A model generated the notes under the pieces. It ran no database searches. It was given only the letters and a program-made list of their open reading frames with translations, and was not told the origin of the DNA. From Trichinella spiralis (Eukaryota), in assembly GCF_000181795.1 (NCBI RefSeq), contig NW_003526941.1:8606140-8670139 (forward strand): 64,000 nucleotides of DNA, written 5' to 3'. Of this stretch, positions 1 through 14,800 are shown one piece after another; position 1 is the stretch's first letter; each line of letters begins with the position of its first letter. The translations under genes and the position numbers were made by a program.

Positions 1-1926
1 ATATACTCTCTCTCTCTCTTTCTCCTTCTGTTGCTGTACAACAACACATCTCTTGTATAAATAAATAAATAAATATATATATATGCCTATAAAAAATACA
101 CTGAGTAATAATAATAATAGTTGTATTTTTTCTGCACATCCATTTTTCATGTGAATAAATAAATGTGAATATATTCGAAAATGGGGTGGAGAATTGTTTT
201 CAAATTGATTGTGAAAATTTCCTTTCAAAGCTGAATATGAAATTCCACTTTTCCACACCATTCATGCATGCGTTGCAGCCACCATTATCCGGTTGAAATT
301 GGTGCGCATATTTTTTTTTGTTTCCTCCTTCCCTGAAAAATGTCCAGCTGAAAACGTTGCTTTGTTGCTCTGGCAAAGCCTTTTCTCTGTACAATGGCAA
401 CTTGAAATTAAAATTCAATTCAATCGATAACAATTTTAATCGCCAGAAACGTCCATTTCATGCTCAAATTCACTTTCGCGTCACAATTTTACAATTGCAA
501 TAAAGTCTCTCGTCGTCGTCGTGCTCAGTTCACTTTTTCTCGAGAAACACATCATGCAAAAATTGTCTGACTTCAATTTTTTTCTCCCATCACAAACATT
601 TTACTCTGCTTAATATGAGCATGTAAATCGGCATTGTTTTCCACATCAAATGCTAATAATAATCATAATAATATATCTCGCAGATTTCCACAGAAAAGCG
701 ACTTCAAATGCAATGAAATTTATCCCAATCAAATTACATTACATTACATTACACATCTTTTTATCAATTAAGCTAGTAGAAGCATTTGAATCTTAATATC
801 AGAAAAAAAAACAATACAATCCAGTTATAGTTTTTGAAATCATTAGCCACTTGAATGTAATAATTTACAATTGGATAATTTTGCATTAAAATAAATAATG
901 CTAAACTGAAGAAGAAGAAGAAGAAAAAATTTCTGCCGTCAATGTCGAGTATGCGAAACTTTTTTTCGTATACATTATTCTAAAAGCAAGCAGTTTTGTC
1001 GTGAAATCAGCCAAGTGAAAGAAAGTCTCTCCACTGCGGAACGTCACAAGCATTTTAGCCATTTGGTTGTCTTGGCATTCGGTATAATAAGTTGGGTGAT
1101 TTGAAGCAAAAAAAATGAAAGAAAAGAAAAACCAAAGGAAAAGCCTCATCCGGCTGCAAGCGGTGCTAATTCGCATCGCGTGAAATCAAATTTTCCATAT
1201 TCGAAATCGATTCAAATCGAATCTTCGAATGGCGCATTCGATTTTTCCCATTAACTATTTTTTCCAACGTCTAAATTGGCTCCAAATACCGGCTCCTTAA
1301 TGTCTGGGGCACGCGTTAGCAAATTTCACCCACCTCCGTCGATTATTAAGTTCATCTGAATTAGTTCGTGAAGAAGAAAAAAAAAGTACAAAATAAAATT
1401 CATACGTAAATTCACAAAGCGAAAGAAAAATATAAATTTTTTCCAAATAATTAAACATATAAAATTAATGGAATTTTTTGTCGAGTAAATGTAGAAAAAG
1501 AAAAAAAAATACAATTAAAATATCCCAGAAATAAGAGAGCGGAGAAAAAATTGCTTTCCACAGTGCTTTTGACAAAAGCAGAAGATTTCACTGATACGTT
1601 GGATTTGGATTTAAATCATCCTTCCCATATTCGGAAAATTGTAAACAAACTATAAATGCAGCAGCAAATGCATTACTTGGTCGGATGACCAGCTTAACCG
1701 GAGAAAAGCACAGTGATGCTAAATTAGAAAGCTTTGGAATGGAAATGAATTGATTAATTCAACGTGCAAAGTATCATATTTTTGGAAAAGTGCCCCCCGA
1801 AACAAAGCATAATAAATAAGAAGAAAGGCAGATAAACACGTCAGAAGAATACACGCGTTCCAAATAAAGTCAACAAGCCAATAATAAGAAGAATATAATA
1901 CAAACAACAACTAAATGCTTACTTAC

Positions 1927-2125
1927 TTTCACAAATATAACCTTGGCTCAAGATGCCCCAAAACAAATCGCAGCAATGATGGCAGTGAATTGGCTTGCCG
2001 AAATTTTTCTTCACGAAAAAGTGACCTCTTCCTCTGGCACCAATGACTTCACCACTTTTCCAGTCGACATATTCTTCGATCATCTGAAGCAACTGTGGTT
2101 CCAAATTGTGACCCTCGACGGCCAT
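1927..2125 (-). CDS. dgk-1: Diacylglycerol kinase theta (dgk-1-like), first coding exon with the N-terminal half of the first C1 domain; the gene probably continues left of the window
   Basis: ATG at 2125 gives MAVEGHNLEPQLLQMIEEYVDWKSGEVIGARGRGHFFVKKNFGKPIHCHHCCDLFWGILSQGYICE, followed by a GTAAGT donor at 1926. The H-x12-C-x2-C...G-x2-C pattern is a C1 domain and resembles the nematode DGK-theta N-terminus as I recall it. No continuing exon was found in 1-1926. Confidence 0.82.
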
Positions 2126-2885
2126 TTTTGCGTTTTGCAATTGCTCCTCAGACAAGAATAACAAGCAGCAGGCAAAGGAAGAAGAAGAAGCGAGAAGATT
2201 TAGAGGAAGAGGAGGAGGAGGAGGAGGAGGAGGAGAAGAAGAAGGAAGAGCAGTTGGATAAACGGATTTAAAGGAAGGAAGGCAGACAGGCAAGAAAGAT
2301 GACAGGCAAATATGCAGACAGAAACAGACAGAGACGGACAGGACAAGCAAACAGGCAACCAGGCAGACGGATCAGACAGTTGGTCGATTGCTTGCTTCAA
2401 TAATACTGACGAAAAAGAATTCTGTCAATATCGCCTTCTTTCACTGCGGTCATTTCATATCTGTGACATGATCGAATGACTTGCACCAAATGAATGATGA
2501 TCCGCGATGACGTAGTTGCCACGGAACGGTTTTCAAGATTGATACTTTCAAGCTGCTAATAATTCTGATTGGCTAGCTTTATCAATGTTCCAACTTTAGT
2601 CGCAACGGCACACGTTATTACTATTTTCCCTTTCTCTCTCTCTCTCTCTCTCTTTCTCGTTCACTCACTCTCTATATCTCCCTCTTTCTGTATATTCTCT
2701 TTCAAATTCTCTCTTCTCATTCTTCCTCTTTTTCTATCTTTTTTTTCTTATCTTCTATGCTTTATTCTTTTCTGTATTCTTCTATTTCATCGGCTTCTGC
2801 TGCTGCTCTTTACTTCTTCTTTTTATACCATATACATGTATACCTACATACATATATTTATTATTTATTTATTTATTTATATATG

Positions 2886-2920
<35 letters not shown>

Positions 2921-5900
2921 CAAAACTGTTGCATGCACAATATCTGAACAAATAATATAATCGTTGCGTGGAAAATAAAAATAAATGAAATACAGTTATT
3001 AAATAAGAAATTCTCAAAAGAAATTTTCAACAGAACAAAATCAAGGTAACGCTGCAACAATGAAGTAGAATCGACTGACGAAAATAATTCATTCATTCGA
3101 CAGCAACTAGTCGCTCACATACACTCCCTCCTCCCCCTTCTACGCACACACACGCACACAGCAGCTACATATAAACACACTGGCTAGGCGAGAGCGTTCA
3201 ATGCGTTAAAGCAGAGAAGCTAGCTAGCTAGCTAGCTATCCATCCACATAGGCTAGCTACTATTATCACGGCTAGCCAAGAAGCTGGCCAACCTTACACG
3301 CCGATAGTCGCTAAACTGATAACGTCAATGGCAAAACTATCGATATTTCCATCTGGTTCAACATTTACATTCAAAAATTGTTAAACGTCAATTTATAATT
3401 TTGATAATAACACGATTGTTGTTTATCACAGAAAAACAATCTTCTCTATTAGCATATGTTCACTTCATGAATATATGCATATATTATATAGATATAGATA
3501 AATTGTAGCTATTAGTTGCCAATTTTACATTGCAAAACCCTACATCGTCGATGCTTTTCCAATTTTACACTATTCTTGAGAATAAATAAAGATAAAATAA
3601 ATATATAACATTTGGATAGGCGAAATCAAATACATTTGTCATAATAAACAAACGAAAATGCAAGTCAAGTACAGGCACAGGCAGTGTGCAATTTGAATCA
3701 ACACTTGGAAAATTAAGCGCGAACGAGCTGATTTTGCAAAAGCTCAACAGAAAAAGCAAAGCAAAGCACAAATAGAAACGAAATGAACGAAAAAGTTGTG
3801 CAACTGAAAGAACAAATCAATTGTCTGGTTGGTTAAAATTCTACTCGTCTGGAAAAACTCGAACATTTTCATTGCAATTAATAATATAAAATTAAGCTTC
3901 TGACACGTCCATTTCTTTTTCTATTCGCGCGTCAAGCAAAATTTCACTTCATAATTATAACAATAAAAATAATAATAATAATAATGATAATAAAATTGTC
4001 CAACTGCAAAGGATATTTTCTCAATTGCAGTCAACAATACGAATCAACAATTCAATAAAAAAATAAATGGAAAAGAAAAACACATTCATAATAATAAATA
4101 ATAAAGGAGAGAAAGAAAAAAAAATATGTATAATAATAAAATCATTGATTGATAAAGGAAAAAAAAATTTTTATTCGTAATCTTTAATATCGACTATTTT
4201 CTGTGGTCATTAAAAACAACAACGCACGCAATTCGCTGTTTTGTTAGCTTGACTTGATACCTCTGATATTCGAATTCACAAGTTGAACAACGAAACAACG
4301 CAAACAGAAATAAATTATTATGCAATCACGAAACTTATACTTCCATAATTTAAAATAAAAACATATGCACAAAAATATGTTGAAAACAACTTGGAAAAGA
4401 AAAGAATACGGTTGCTGAATAATTTTCCCACTGATAAACGTATTAAATTATGTCTGTTTTTAAATTTAATTCTGACCATATATGAAAATGAAAAAAAATT
4501 AATTTGAACAGACAACAAGAAAACAAACAAAAATGAATGGAAAAGACAATTTTCATAAATAAATGATGAACCATTCGAAGCGAGCAATGTGCAGAGGTAA
4601 TGAAGAACAATAACAAAAACTGATACTCAATTTTGCCCAATTAATCATTTAATACTAAAATAGGAATGTTCAAAAGAAAAACACGCAATCAGATGTTCAA
4701 TCAGCTAAGCTAGAAAATTATAACTGTTTACGCCGTTATCAACTCTCCATATCAGTACCAAAAAACAGAAATAAACTAATTCAAACATTTGAACTCTGTG
4801 TACAGTAGTAAACTTCGTGGTTTTCATGCAAACATATATATATGCAGTTATGCTTTGTGAAGTGAATAATTTTAAATAATCAAAAAAGAAACGATGCTGG
4901 TGCTGCTGCTACTATTGCTACCACTACTGCTTGAAGCACTAAAATTCATCAAATACTTAATCTATCATAATACATTCTATTTATCATTTCTGATGAATAA
5001 TTTTCAGTGACGTCAGTTATTACAATTTAAAAACTATTCAATTTTCATTTTTCATACAATACTTCAAAAAATTGGTTTACAATATCTCTGATAATCAAAA
5101 TAGCAGTGCTTTCAGTGTGTGTTATGTAAATGTTTTTTCTTTTCGAGTAGTATTTCATTTTGTTTACTTTCTCGATGAAATATTAATTATAGTAATAATT
5201 ATATAACACATGCGCAATTGCAGATGCAGATTTCACCTAAGCTAGGAAAAGAAAAGAACACAATAATAACAACAATCAAAAAGCATCAGGAGATTGAAAA
5301 ATCTGAATTTTTTTTTTGCGAATTGCAAAAATGATATAAATCATTTCTTGAAATGAAAAATAACAATAAAATAAAAGCAACTTGAAAAAGTCGAATGCAC
5401 AATTATCGCATTTGCATTTCAAGGCGCATCAAAGTTGTCAGATGCGGAAAGATAAAGATGTTTTGCAAAAATTTTTCCCCTTCAAATTTATTACACAATT
5501 CTCATCATATTATAGCCGTTTCCCATCTAGCAAACGCCAACTGATCATCAAAAAGCATAAAAAGACAATTATTCAAAAAATTGTTATTTCATTTTTTGAA
5601 ATAAATTTCAAAGAATGGTTTTTGCATGACTGACTACTTATTCCATTTTTCCTGCCCCATCACTCTTTTGATGCCTGTAGGCATTCACGAGTGAAGCATT
5701 CGAAAAAATCATTATAATCAAAAGGAAAAAAGCATTTTACATTAAGCAAAAAACCAACAATAAACAAAAAAGCAGTGTGACCACAGCAGCAACAACAACA
5801 ACAACAACAACAATGTATAGTGATGAAATAAGCGTATAAGGAAACACTGATATTACAGTTGGCTGGGTAATGAAATTAATGTAGATGCTGTCACGTTAAA

Positions 5901-7005
5901 TGCTTAAATGTAAATTTAATCAACACTGTATTAACCAATTGAAGAAAAAAAATTAAGTACATCAACGAGTGATTTTTTGCATTCAATTCGGCTAAAAGCA
6001 TCACTACCACATTCGGCTAAATCTATCTACACACACACACACACAAACAGACATACATACATACAAATCCCTCTACAAGAAGCACAGTATAAGCAGTACA
6101 TATATACATATTACAAGAATTAAATTAATCAATTAAATTAAAAAAAAATAATTCAGCCTTGACTACTTTTACTAAAGCAGGTGTAATGTGTAGTAAATGA
6201 AGCTTTTCCGCTTCAACAAAATTAAAATCAACTTTTCAGTAATAATTAAGAACATGATTTGGTGGAAAAAATCTTTTTCTTTTTCAAATTTTTTTGTCAA
6301 TTCATCAAATTCAATTCAAGCAACATGCGGTCGATTAGCACTAAATAAAGCCCCCGAATTATGAGTCTTGTGTTGCAGGTCGATTTCAATCCAACTGCAT
6401 TTTCAATTGACTAGATTTTCATAAATACCAAATCGATATTAAAAAAAATAAAAAATAAATAATCGTATGACTTCAAAGAATTATTAATCGAGTATTGAAC
6501 ACTGAACATGAAAAACTTGACAAAAAACCCAAATCATTTTTCGAATCCAACNAAAATAAATGACTTTCAATGTTTACCAGTAATATCTTTTTATGTGAAT
6601 TTATATTTATTACATCTTGCATGGCGCATGTTGGGTTAAGTTGAAGGAAAAAAATTACGCCCCAAATGATCGTTCCTTCTGCCAATACAGACTACTTACT
6701 AAATNATATTTCCAAGGCAGCAAAATTCAGTAAGAGCAAATCGATGGAAAACAATATTATATAAAACGTTTCATTTCGTATTTGAAAAAGAAAAAACTAT
6801 TTCTAATGAATGAAAATAAAAATTACTCACTCCTGAAAAAATTCAAAACGTTACGAAATGGAAAGAAGTTGATTTTTTGAAATTTTACATGTTTTTCCAT
6901 CCTTTCTTANTATGATGAAAGCGAAGAATTTACATTACTAGAAATCTGATTATGATCAGAACAAAAGTTATTATAACTCCTAAAAACATGTTACCCTTAT
7001 ACATA

Positions 7006-7011
<6 letters not shown>

Positions 7012-7050
<39 letters not shown>
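7012..7050. repeat. (AT)n microsatellite
   Basis: Uninterrupted TA run. Similar runs occur at about 2889-2918 and 44684-44711. Confidence 0.95.
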
Positions 7051-7052
<2 letters not shown>

Positions 7053-10000
7053 CTAAACATTCTGTTTCTTTATTCTCGTGAGTTAGAGGAAGAGTTTTGA
7101 CAATGTTGAAATTTTTCTGCCCCAACAACAAGCAAATCCCATCTCTGTTTTCAACATGTTCTTAGATGAAGAAGATTCATCGCTCGATTTGTCTATTGAA
7201 ATATGCCGTGCATTTTCCAAATGTCTGTTCATCAAATAAAATTATTTTCCTTTAATCTAAAAATGATACTGTTCTTGGAATTCAATTCAAAATGAAATAA
7301 TTGTAAAGTTTTTGCAACATTCACTGTTTGTCTTGAAATTCATAAAATTCTTATCCTTGATTCAATTTTCAGAATTCTCCACAACATGAATCCACTAGAG
7401 TTAAGGCTAAGGTGAATTTCAAAAAACAGACCAATTTAAGACCACAAAACGAATATGAATATATAAATGTAAGAAAATGTTGAAAAAAAGGAAAAATCTC
7501 TTCAACAAATAAGAGAAATTTTCGAAAATTTCAATTTATTTATTATTATTGGCTTTGCCTTTTGTTAAAGCAAGCGTGAAAGTTGATTTCACGGTGCAAC
7601 TGATGTCATTGCCGTGTTTGTCATTTTCCATAATAACAACTATATATCAGTAAAAGCGAAAATAAAATTTGCTAAACAATAAGCTTTACATGCTATAATA
7701 AAATAAAATATGGCAACAGCAACGGAAAAATATTCACTTTTTTTTGCAACAACAATTCACCCGCCGACAAATATAGATGGATGGATGAGTTTGAAGCTGG
7801 TGATGTGAAAGTGAATTTCTTATATACTTCAACAAAGCATAACTAATGGCATTTTCTACTTTGTTGATGCAAAATCGACAACAAAGAAAACGACCGTATC
7901 AGTATTTTGAACTACAGTATTACTGTATTGTATTGTATGCAACAGTACAATAACATACAAATTTTAAGCATGCAACTTTTTAAAGAGTAAATTCTATTAT
8001 CACTTGTGTAAAAATATCTTCAACACTCGATGCTGCGAAATCAATTACAAACAATTTAAAGTTAGCAAATTACTCTACCACATATAATTATCACCTATAA
8101 TAGGCAGTTTTCTTTTTATAGATGATAGGGAAATTTTACTGCAAAATATATTAATAGAAAATTCAACAGAGCTCATTTAATATAAATTCACAATAAAAAT
8201 AAATCCAGACTTTATCAAATATTAACAAAAGATTCGACATCATAAAAATACAAATATGGAAACGTAATTACAGCTAAACTGCATTATAATAAAGAAATAC
8301 CTCTACCATAACAACTCCAATACACTGTGATTAAAAACTTATAAAATGCACAACTCACATCTTGAGTACAATCTGAAATCTCGATTTAATATAATAATAA
8401 TAATAATGAATGGAAAATAATGCAAAAAATAAAATTGTTTTTTTCGTTAATTTTTAATAATTAAAAAATGCTTACAATCATTAAACATGATAACAAACTG
8501 TTCATAACAATTTTAAATTTAAAAGAGAAACAATAAATAATAGTAATAATAAATATTTTCTGCCGTTTCAAACTCATCTAACCTGATTTTCACAAATCTT
8601 TTTTCTATAAAATGAATAAGATAAACTAAATTTAATTTTACCAACGATCACAACAACAGCAAAATTTTGATAATTTCTTGAAATTATCAATTATTAAACG
8701 CAAATTTATTCCTTTTAAATCATCTATTTACAATAAGTGGGTATAAGTAGGAAATGCCTCAATATCTATCATTTAAAATTCCATTAGAAAGATGTTCAGG
8801 GGAAGAAATTTAAGTGATTTCACAAAACAGAATAACTGACTGATTATTTTCTGTTCACATCACAAAAGTTTAAAAAAAATATATATATATATATAATTTA
8901 ATTTCACAGTACAGATTGTCAGATAATATACACTACTCTTTCGCTTTTTTACTCAACAAAGCAAATTTCATCCGATACAAGTTCTGTCTACTCCAAAATT
9001 CCAACATATATGCAACAATTATTATTTACTTACTTATTTTTGAATATTTGAAAATTTCAAATACAACCACGCACTGCCTCTGCGCATGTTTCTCATAGAG
9101 CAATAATATGGAATAAAAGCAAACAAATTCAATCACAACTATCAAAATTCAATTATGCATTTCAAAACAATATTCATATTTCAATATTGAACATTTTATC
9201 AACAACCAAATCTTAATCTTACTGTATGCTTAATTTCAGTACAAAAACTGAAAACTTTTCACACTTGACATTAGTTATGAAATATAACAGAATTTTTAAT
9301 TGGTCATCTTCAATAAAAAAGGTAAAAAATTTTTCTAGCACACACACATATATATATATAGCATTTTATTTTGTTTTTTTACATGTTTTACTTGTGGTGA
9401 ACAGTAAAGCATGTCAATGAAGTTACATTTGCAAGCATTACATTACATGTATTTTCATACACAGAAATATTTTCCATTCTCTACTTTGCAAAATCTTCAC
9501 TTCTGACAGAGAAATGTATTACTACTACCACTACTTCGATCACTATTACATTACATATATTTTTTTCATTTTTATAAAAAAAAAGAAATTTAATAATAAA
9601 ACATGAAATAAAATATTTTAACATGAAATAGTTCGGTTAATCACCGTTTACAAGTGAATGACGCGTAATTTTGATATCAAATGGAAAAATATGAAAATTT
9701 TCATATTCATACAACAAAACAAACAATATCGTTCTTAATTTCGCCTTGAAAATCTGCTGTTCAAATTCACGCAAATATTGATAAAGTTGACAGATTACTC
9801 CTTGTTATTAACATGCATGTCAACACAAGTAATAATAATTGCTAACAGACTTTTTTCCATTTTTTAAAATGTCAGATAACATACGTTCTCACGAAATTCT
9901 TATTCTCATAATTACTTTCACATTATTATATTCATGAGGAATGGAGAAAATAATAATTTATTAATTGTCATTTCCTACTGGAAAAGAGCAAAAGACACGC

Positions 10001-10992
10001 TTAAAGAGGTGAATCAAAGATCGTTAAGAATGAATGGAAACAGAAATCTGCCATGATAATATGGAAAATACTTTTGAATCATTATTATTAAATAAATAAT
10101 TATATAATGCCAATGACACAAATGAAGTGCATGAGAAAATGGAAAAAACAAAACATATTTTTATTGTCCTTCAACTACCCTTTTTCTTAATTAATATAAA
10201 TTCATTAAGCTGACATTTCAGCGTTGCTTAGTGAAAATAATAGAAATGAAAGAATACACAAGAATACGTAGGAAAAAGAAGAAGAAAAAGATCCTTTCAC
10301 ACAAATCACCACCACCCACCAATACCCCTCAAGTATCAGATTGCGTGATACTGGACGGAAAGGTAAATGACAAAATTGTTCTTATCGTTGCAGTTATCGT
10401 TTTTCAAATCCATCATTTATTTGAAAAATGATTATTCAAAGCTGTTGCTGTTGTTTGAAATTGTTGTGCTGCTTCACGCGCATATTTAAATTCTACCTCT
10501 CAATTCAAAATACCATCCGTACAAATGAACAACTGCAATATTTGAGATAAAGCATGAGAAAATAAAAGTAATAAGAGGACAATTCATTAATCATTTGCAT
10601 TAGCATAAGTAATATTAAAATAACGACAACAATAATAATAATAATACAGTGAACAGTGGAAGAGAAAGAAGAAGAAGAAGAAATGTCTACAGTAAAAATT
10701 TGTGTACAACACAGTGTATTATTGTTGTGGTGTTTGAGTGAATAAGCTAAAGTTGGTCGGTTAACATGGTCAGTCAGTGTAGAAACAAACGATCGATGTT
10801 CAAAAATTCATCACCAAGAACGATCGCAGAGATTATATCTTTATGAAAATAACTTATAAAAACCCACTACAACTAACTTTGACAATCCAGAAAATGAACA
10901 GACAAAGGCGAATAGATGATCTCACGGCGCAGTGTTGTGTCAAGTTGCAAACGAAAAACTAATTAAGTGAAACGAAAGCGGATAGCTAATCA

Positions 10993-11007
10993 CAGCGCCA
11001 CCTGGTG
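10993..11007 (-). promoter_or_regulatory. Candidate CTCF-binding motif
   Basis: The minus strand reads (A)CACCAGGTGGCGCTG, matching the CTCF core CCASYAGRKGGCRS at all positions except the first. It lies about 370 bp upstream of the Ly-6 gene start. Confidence 0.45.
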
Positions 11008-11375
11008 TTCGGTAAATGTAATGCCAATATGGCTGGTTGGCTGGTTGGACTAGCAGCTGCTTAGCTGGTTAGCTGGCTGGCTGGCTGTCTGGCTGGCTGG
11101 TCTGCCGGCTGGCTGGCTGACTGACTACTAGCCGATGCGGTTGGTCAGCCGAGAACAGACGAGCGAAGCGGACAGGCGCGTGCATACAACATACAATAAT
11201 CACACGCGGACTGTTGCCGGTCTCACAGATCATGTTCAACCATGTTCGGTTGGAAAAGAAGAGAAAAAAAATCATTTCACAATTATTAGCTAATTAGGCT
11301 AATAATCGTAGAACTTCTTCGTACGGTGGTGAGAAGAAGAAGAAGCACAAAAAATAAACAAACAGAGTTGCTCCA

Positions 11376-14300
11376 ATGCGCGATGTGTGCAGCATCAGCA
11401 TGCCGTTGGCAGTTCAGGTCCGTAGCATCATCATGCTCAAATGTTTCGTTTTAATCATTGTTCCATTCAAATGTGACGGCGGCAATTTTGCGTACGCTGT
11501 TGGCAACAACCACAACAACAACGACAACGACGAACTTTTGTGGCCAAGCCACCATTCTCGACTGTGCTTCAGCTGTGCTTCGGAAAATTACCACGGCCAC
11601 TGGCAAGTGTTGAGCAAAAGCCTCCGACCGCCGACCAATTTCACCGTACTCTGCCGGCAACCGTTGCATGCACCATTCCTTGCTGTCACTTCATGCCCAG
11701 GACCGTGTGTCACAATCGTCGAAGACGAATATATTTTTGGTAAGTTATAATTGTAATTTTCATTTGCATGCAGAATTGCAATCGAGATGAACAAAAAGCC
11801 ACAGCCACACCCGCCCACCCACCTACCCATAATACATATACAAATAGTGAGAGATGAAGAAAACGAAACAGAGAGTGAGTGAGTGAGTGAGTGACAGACA
11901 GCTCGAGTGAGGTCTTGAAATTTAATTTTACACTTTGCTTTTCACTTAAATCATTCTCCATCTTCCTTTCTTATAACGCGTCGTAATTATTAAATGTTAT
12001 GGTCAGTTGCGAAACAATTTCCCACAAATCGATGCGGCCAGCTCCAGCGGTGCACATTTGAATAATATAATACACAAAGCGGAGTGAACAGTTCAAATTG
12101 CGAGCAGGTGCCGATCGCGCATCGGTAGCACTTTTCTAGAGTTTCAAGCCATTTAGCACAGGCGGTGGCCGATTTGACGATTAAGCATGCACTAGTTGGT
12201 AGCGCACGAACCAATTAATCTTGACCGACCGATCCTCCAAGCTCGCCAAGCCTCGGGCAACAAGAGTTCGCTTTCTCTCTTGGCTAAACACATCAAGTTC
12301 AGCATCACCGCAGGAAGTGTGTGTGTGTGTGTGTGCGCAGTGTCCAGAAATCCGATTTCCAACTCAAACATCGTCGTCACTTTCCTCTATTCCACATCAA
12401 CGCCTTTCATCTAATTAAACATCCCAACAGAACCAATCTTTGTTCAACAACTGCATCATTCATTATTATAATTCTTCTAATCATAATAATTATAATTATG
12501 ATTCGAATAGTCGACAGTAATTTTACAATTTTTTTTCTCTACACATCCTTCTTCAAATTCTTTTCAACCATCTTTTTCATCACTATATTTTGAACAAGTA
12601 ATAGTCAAGAAGGTTGGGATGAAAAAGAAAAAAAAAGAAAAAGAAAACCAAACTCGACAACATTTCATTACAACAAATTAATAACAGTTGCTTCTGCACA
12701 ATTCAACGCATTCAAATTGATTAACTACTACTACTACTACTACTCAGAAAGCATTAAAAAAAGATTTTCTCTTCAATCTGCAAAATCACATTCGAAACAG
12801 AACAAGAAGCAAAACATAAATTCCACATCAATTGCATAACAAGCAAATGGCCAAAAAAAGCTCGCCCTCATGGTTCTTAACGCACTAGACTTAACGGTAG
12901 AGTTGTTTCAATTAAAAAAAGATTAATAATTTGCAATTGTGAAAAAAAAATTCAATTTAAACACATATTAATTAATATAAAATGCGCTTTTTCAACTGTG
13001 CAAATTCAAGTTCGATGCGACGATCAACGGCAAAAATGCTACTACTACTACTACTTCTCAACCTAGGCTGCTTTTATAGCAGCATCTCGGCTTTTCCAAC
13101 TTGCAAAAAGCAAAGCGCGGCAACGCGTTCAAGCCGCCGACGAGTGCGTTTCTTCTTTTTCATCTCGTATTCAAAAAGCTTTTCGCCTCGATTTGCGTAA
13201 TTGATAAAATAGTTTTCCCGCCTGAGAGTTCAAACCAACCATCGGGGAGAAGAACAAGCTGATTCATTGCCGCCCTCCCTCCTCCTCAATCACAGAATTA
13301 ACTCGAAAAGCAACATTAATTTTCAACCAGAACACATCACTCAAAATTTTTGCATCCTATACACAGATCTGTATGCATATATATATATATGTATATGTTA
13401 TCCCAATCCTTATGCTCATATATTGAAAAATACTCATTCGCAATTATTTTTCAATAATCTAGATACAATGCTGTTTCTTTTACCATCCTTTTCTCACTCT
13501 GCTGAATTATTTATTACTTGAATCAAAAGAAAAATGAATACAATTTCATTTTCACTCCGCTTACACGACGTGAACGTCTGTTGTTCCACACAGAAGCAGC
13601 GCAGTCTTAGCAAGAAAAAAAAGCAAAAAACAAACAATTAAATGCAATTCTACTCATCATCATCATTAATGCTTGAGGGAAAAAATCAATGTGGAAAGTA
13701 TAGAAATTGTTCATCGTCTGACAAGTGCGAATAAATGTTCCAACTGTCGAAGCTGCCAAAACTTTTCTGTCACGCTCTATTTCACGCATCATCTTCAACT
13801 GCTGTTTTCACCACAGAAAAAAAACTTTCTCTCACTTTCACATTATGTTTTCCCAACACAAGTGGTGAAACATGCTCACAGAACAGCATATCATATGATA
13901 ATTTTATCCATTTAATAAATAAACAGTGAAAGTATTAACATGACATGTGAAATTATTGTTCAGCTGCATGTGGACGTTTTTCAATGCAGCAAGTTGAAGT
14001 CAAAAATTGATTAATTACAAAACTGCCCGAGCAGAATAATTGTCAGGTAAGCCACAACTGGTCGTAGGCGTTATCGCATGGTTAATTAGTGTTCACCAGA
14101 AAAGCGGCGGACATGTATGTACACATATGGGTATGAGAGTGAAGTTGACAGAAACACGCGACACATGATGTTCCGTTACAATACGGAAATTTTCTATCGA
14201 TCCAATCGTCCAAGCAAACGCGTCTAGGATTACAACGTATTAAACTGACAGATCCAAGTCACGCATTCATAAGCTCATTCTGTCGCCAGGAGACAAATGG

Positions 14301-14754
14301 ACCACCGAAGCATCGACCGCAGCACCAACACTAACACTGGTCGATGTTTCCAATTAGCACCATTATCAAAAAGTGCCGAGGGGGATATTTCGTTTCAAAT
14401 TTGCATACATCACAATCACATTTAATCTGTCTTGTGAGTTGACCTGCCGATCGGTTAATAGAGTCGAAGTGGAAAAGAAAAGCTATATAACTATATATGT
14501 ATGAAAGCACAGCGGATGTCGGTTTTCAGTTACATAAGTGATCATTGTTCTCTCAAAGGAGCGCGCATCTCTGCTGCTGCTACTGCTGATCCTATTCATC
14601 AAACGGTGACAAGCTAATTCACTTAAAGCCTTCTACTACGTTCACTATCACCGTTTATTACACTGTGCATGCATTTCCATTGTCCGCCGTCTTCAGCTGG
14701 TCAACATCGATCGTACACCTTGCCTTTGACACAACTCAAACCGCCTCCTCCCAC

Positions 14755-14800
<46 letters not shown>

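Noticed and set aside
2569..10431. Many 60-105 aa ORFs rich in F, L, I, K and Y, here and in 42-59 kb
   Set aside because: They are low-complexity translations of AT-rich and microsatellite DNA, mostly with non-ATG starts and no splice-consistent model.
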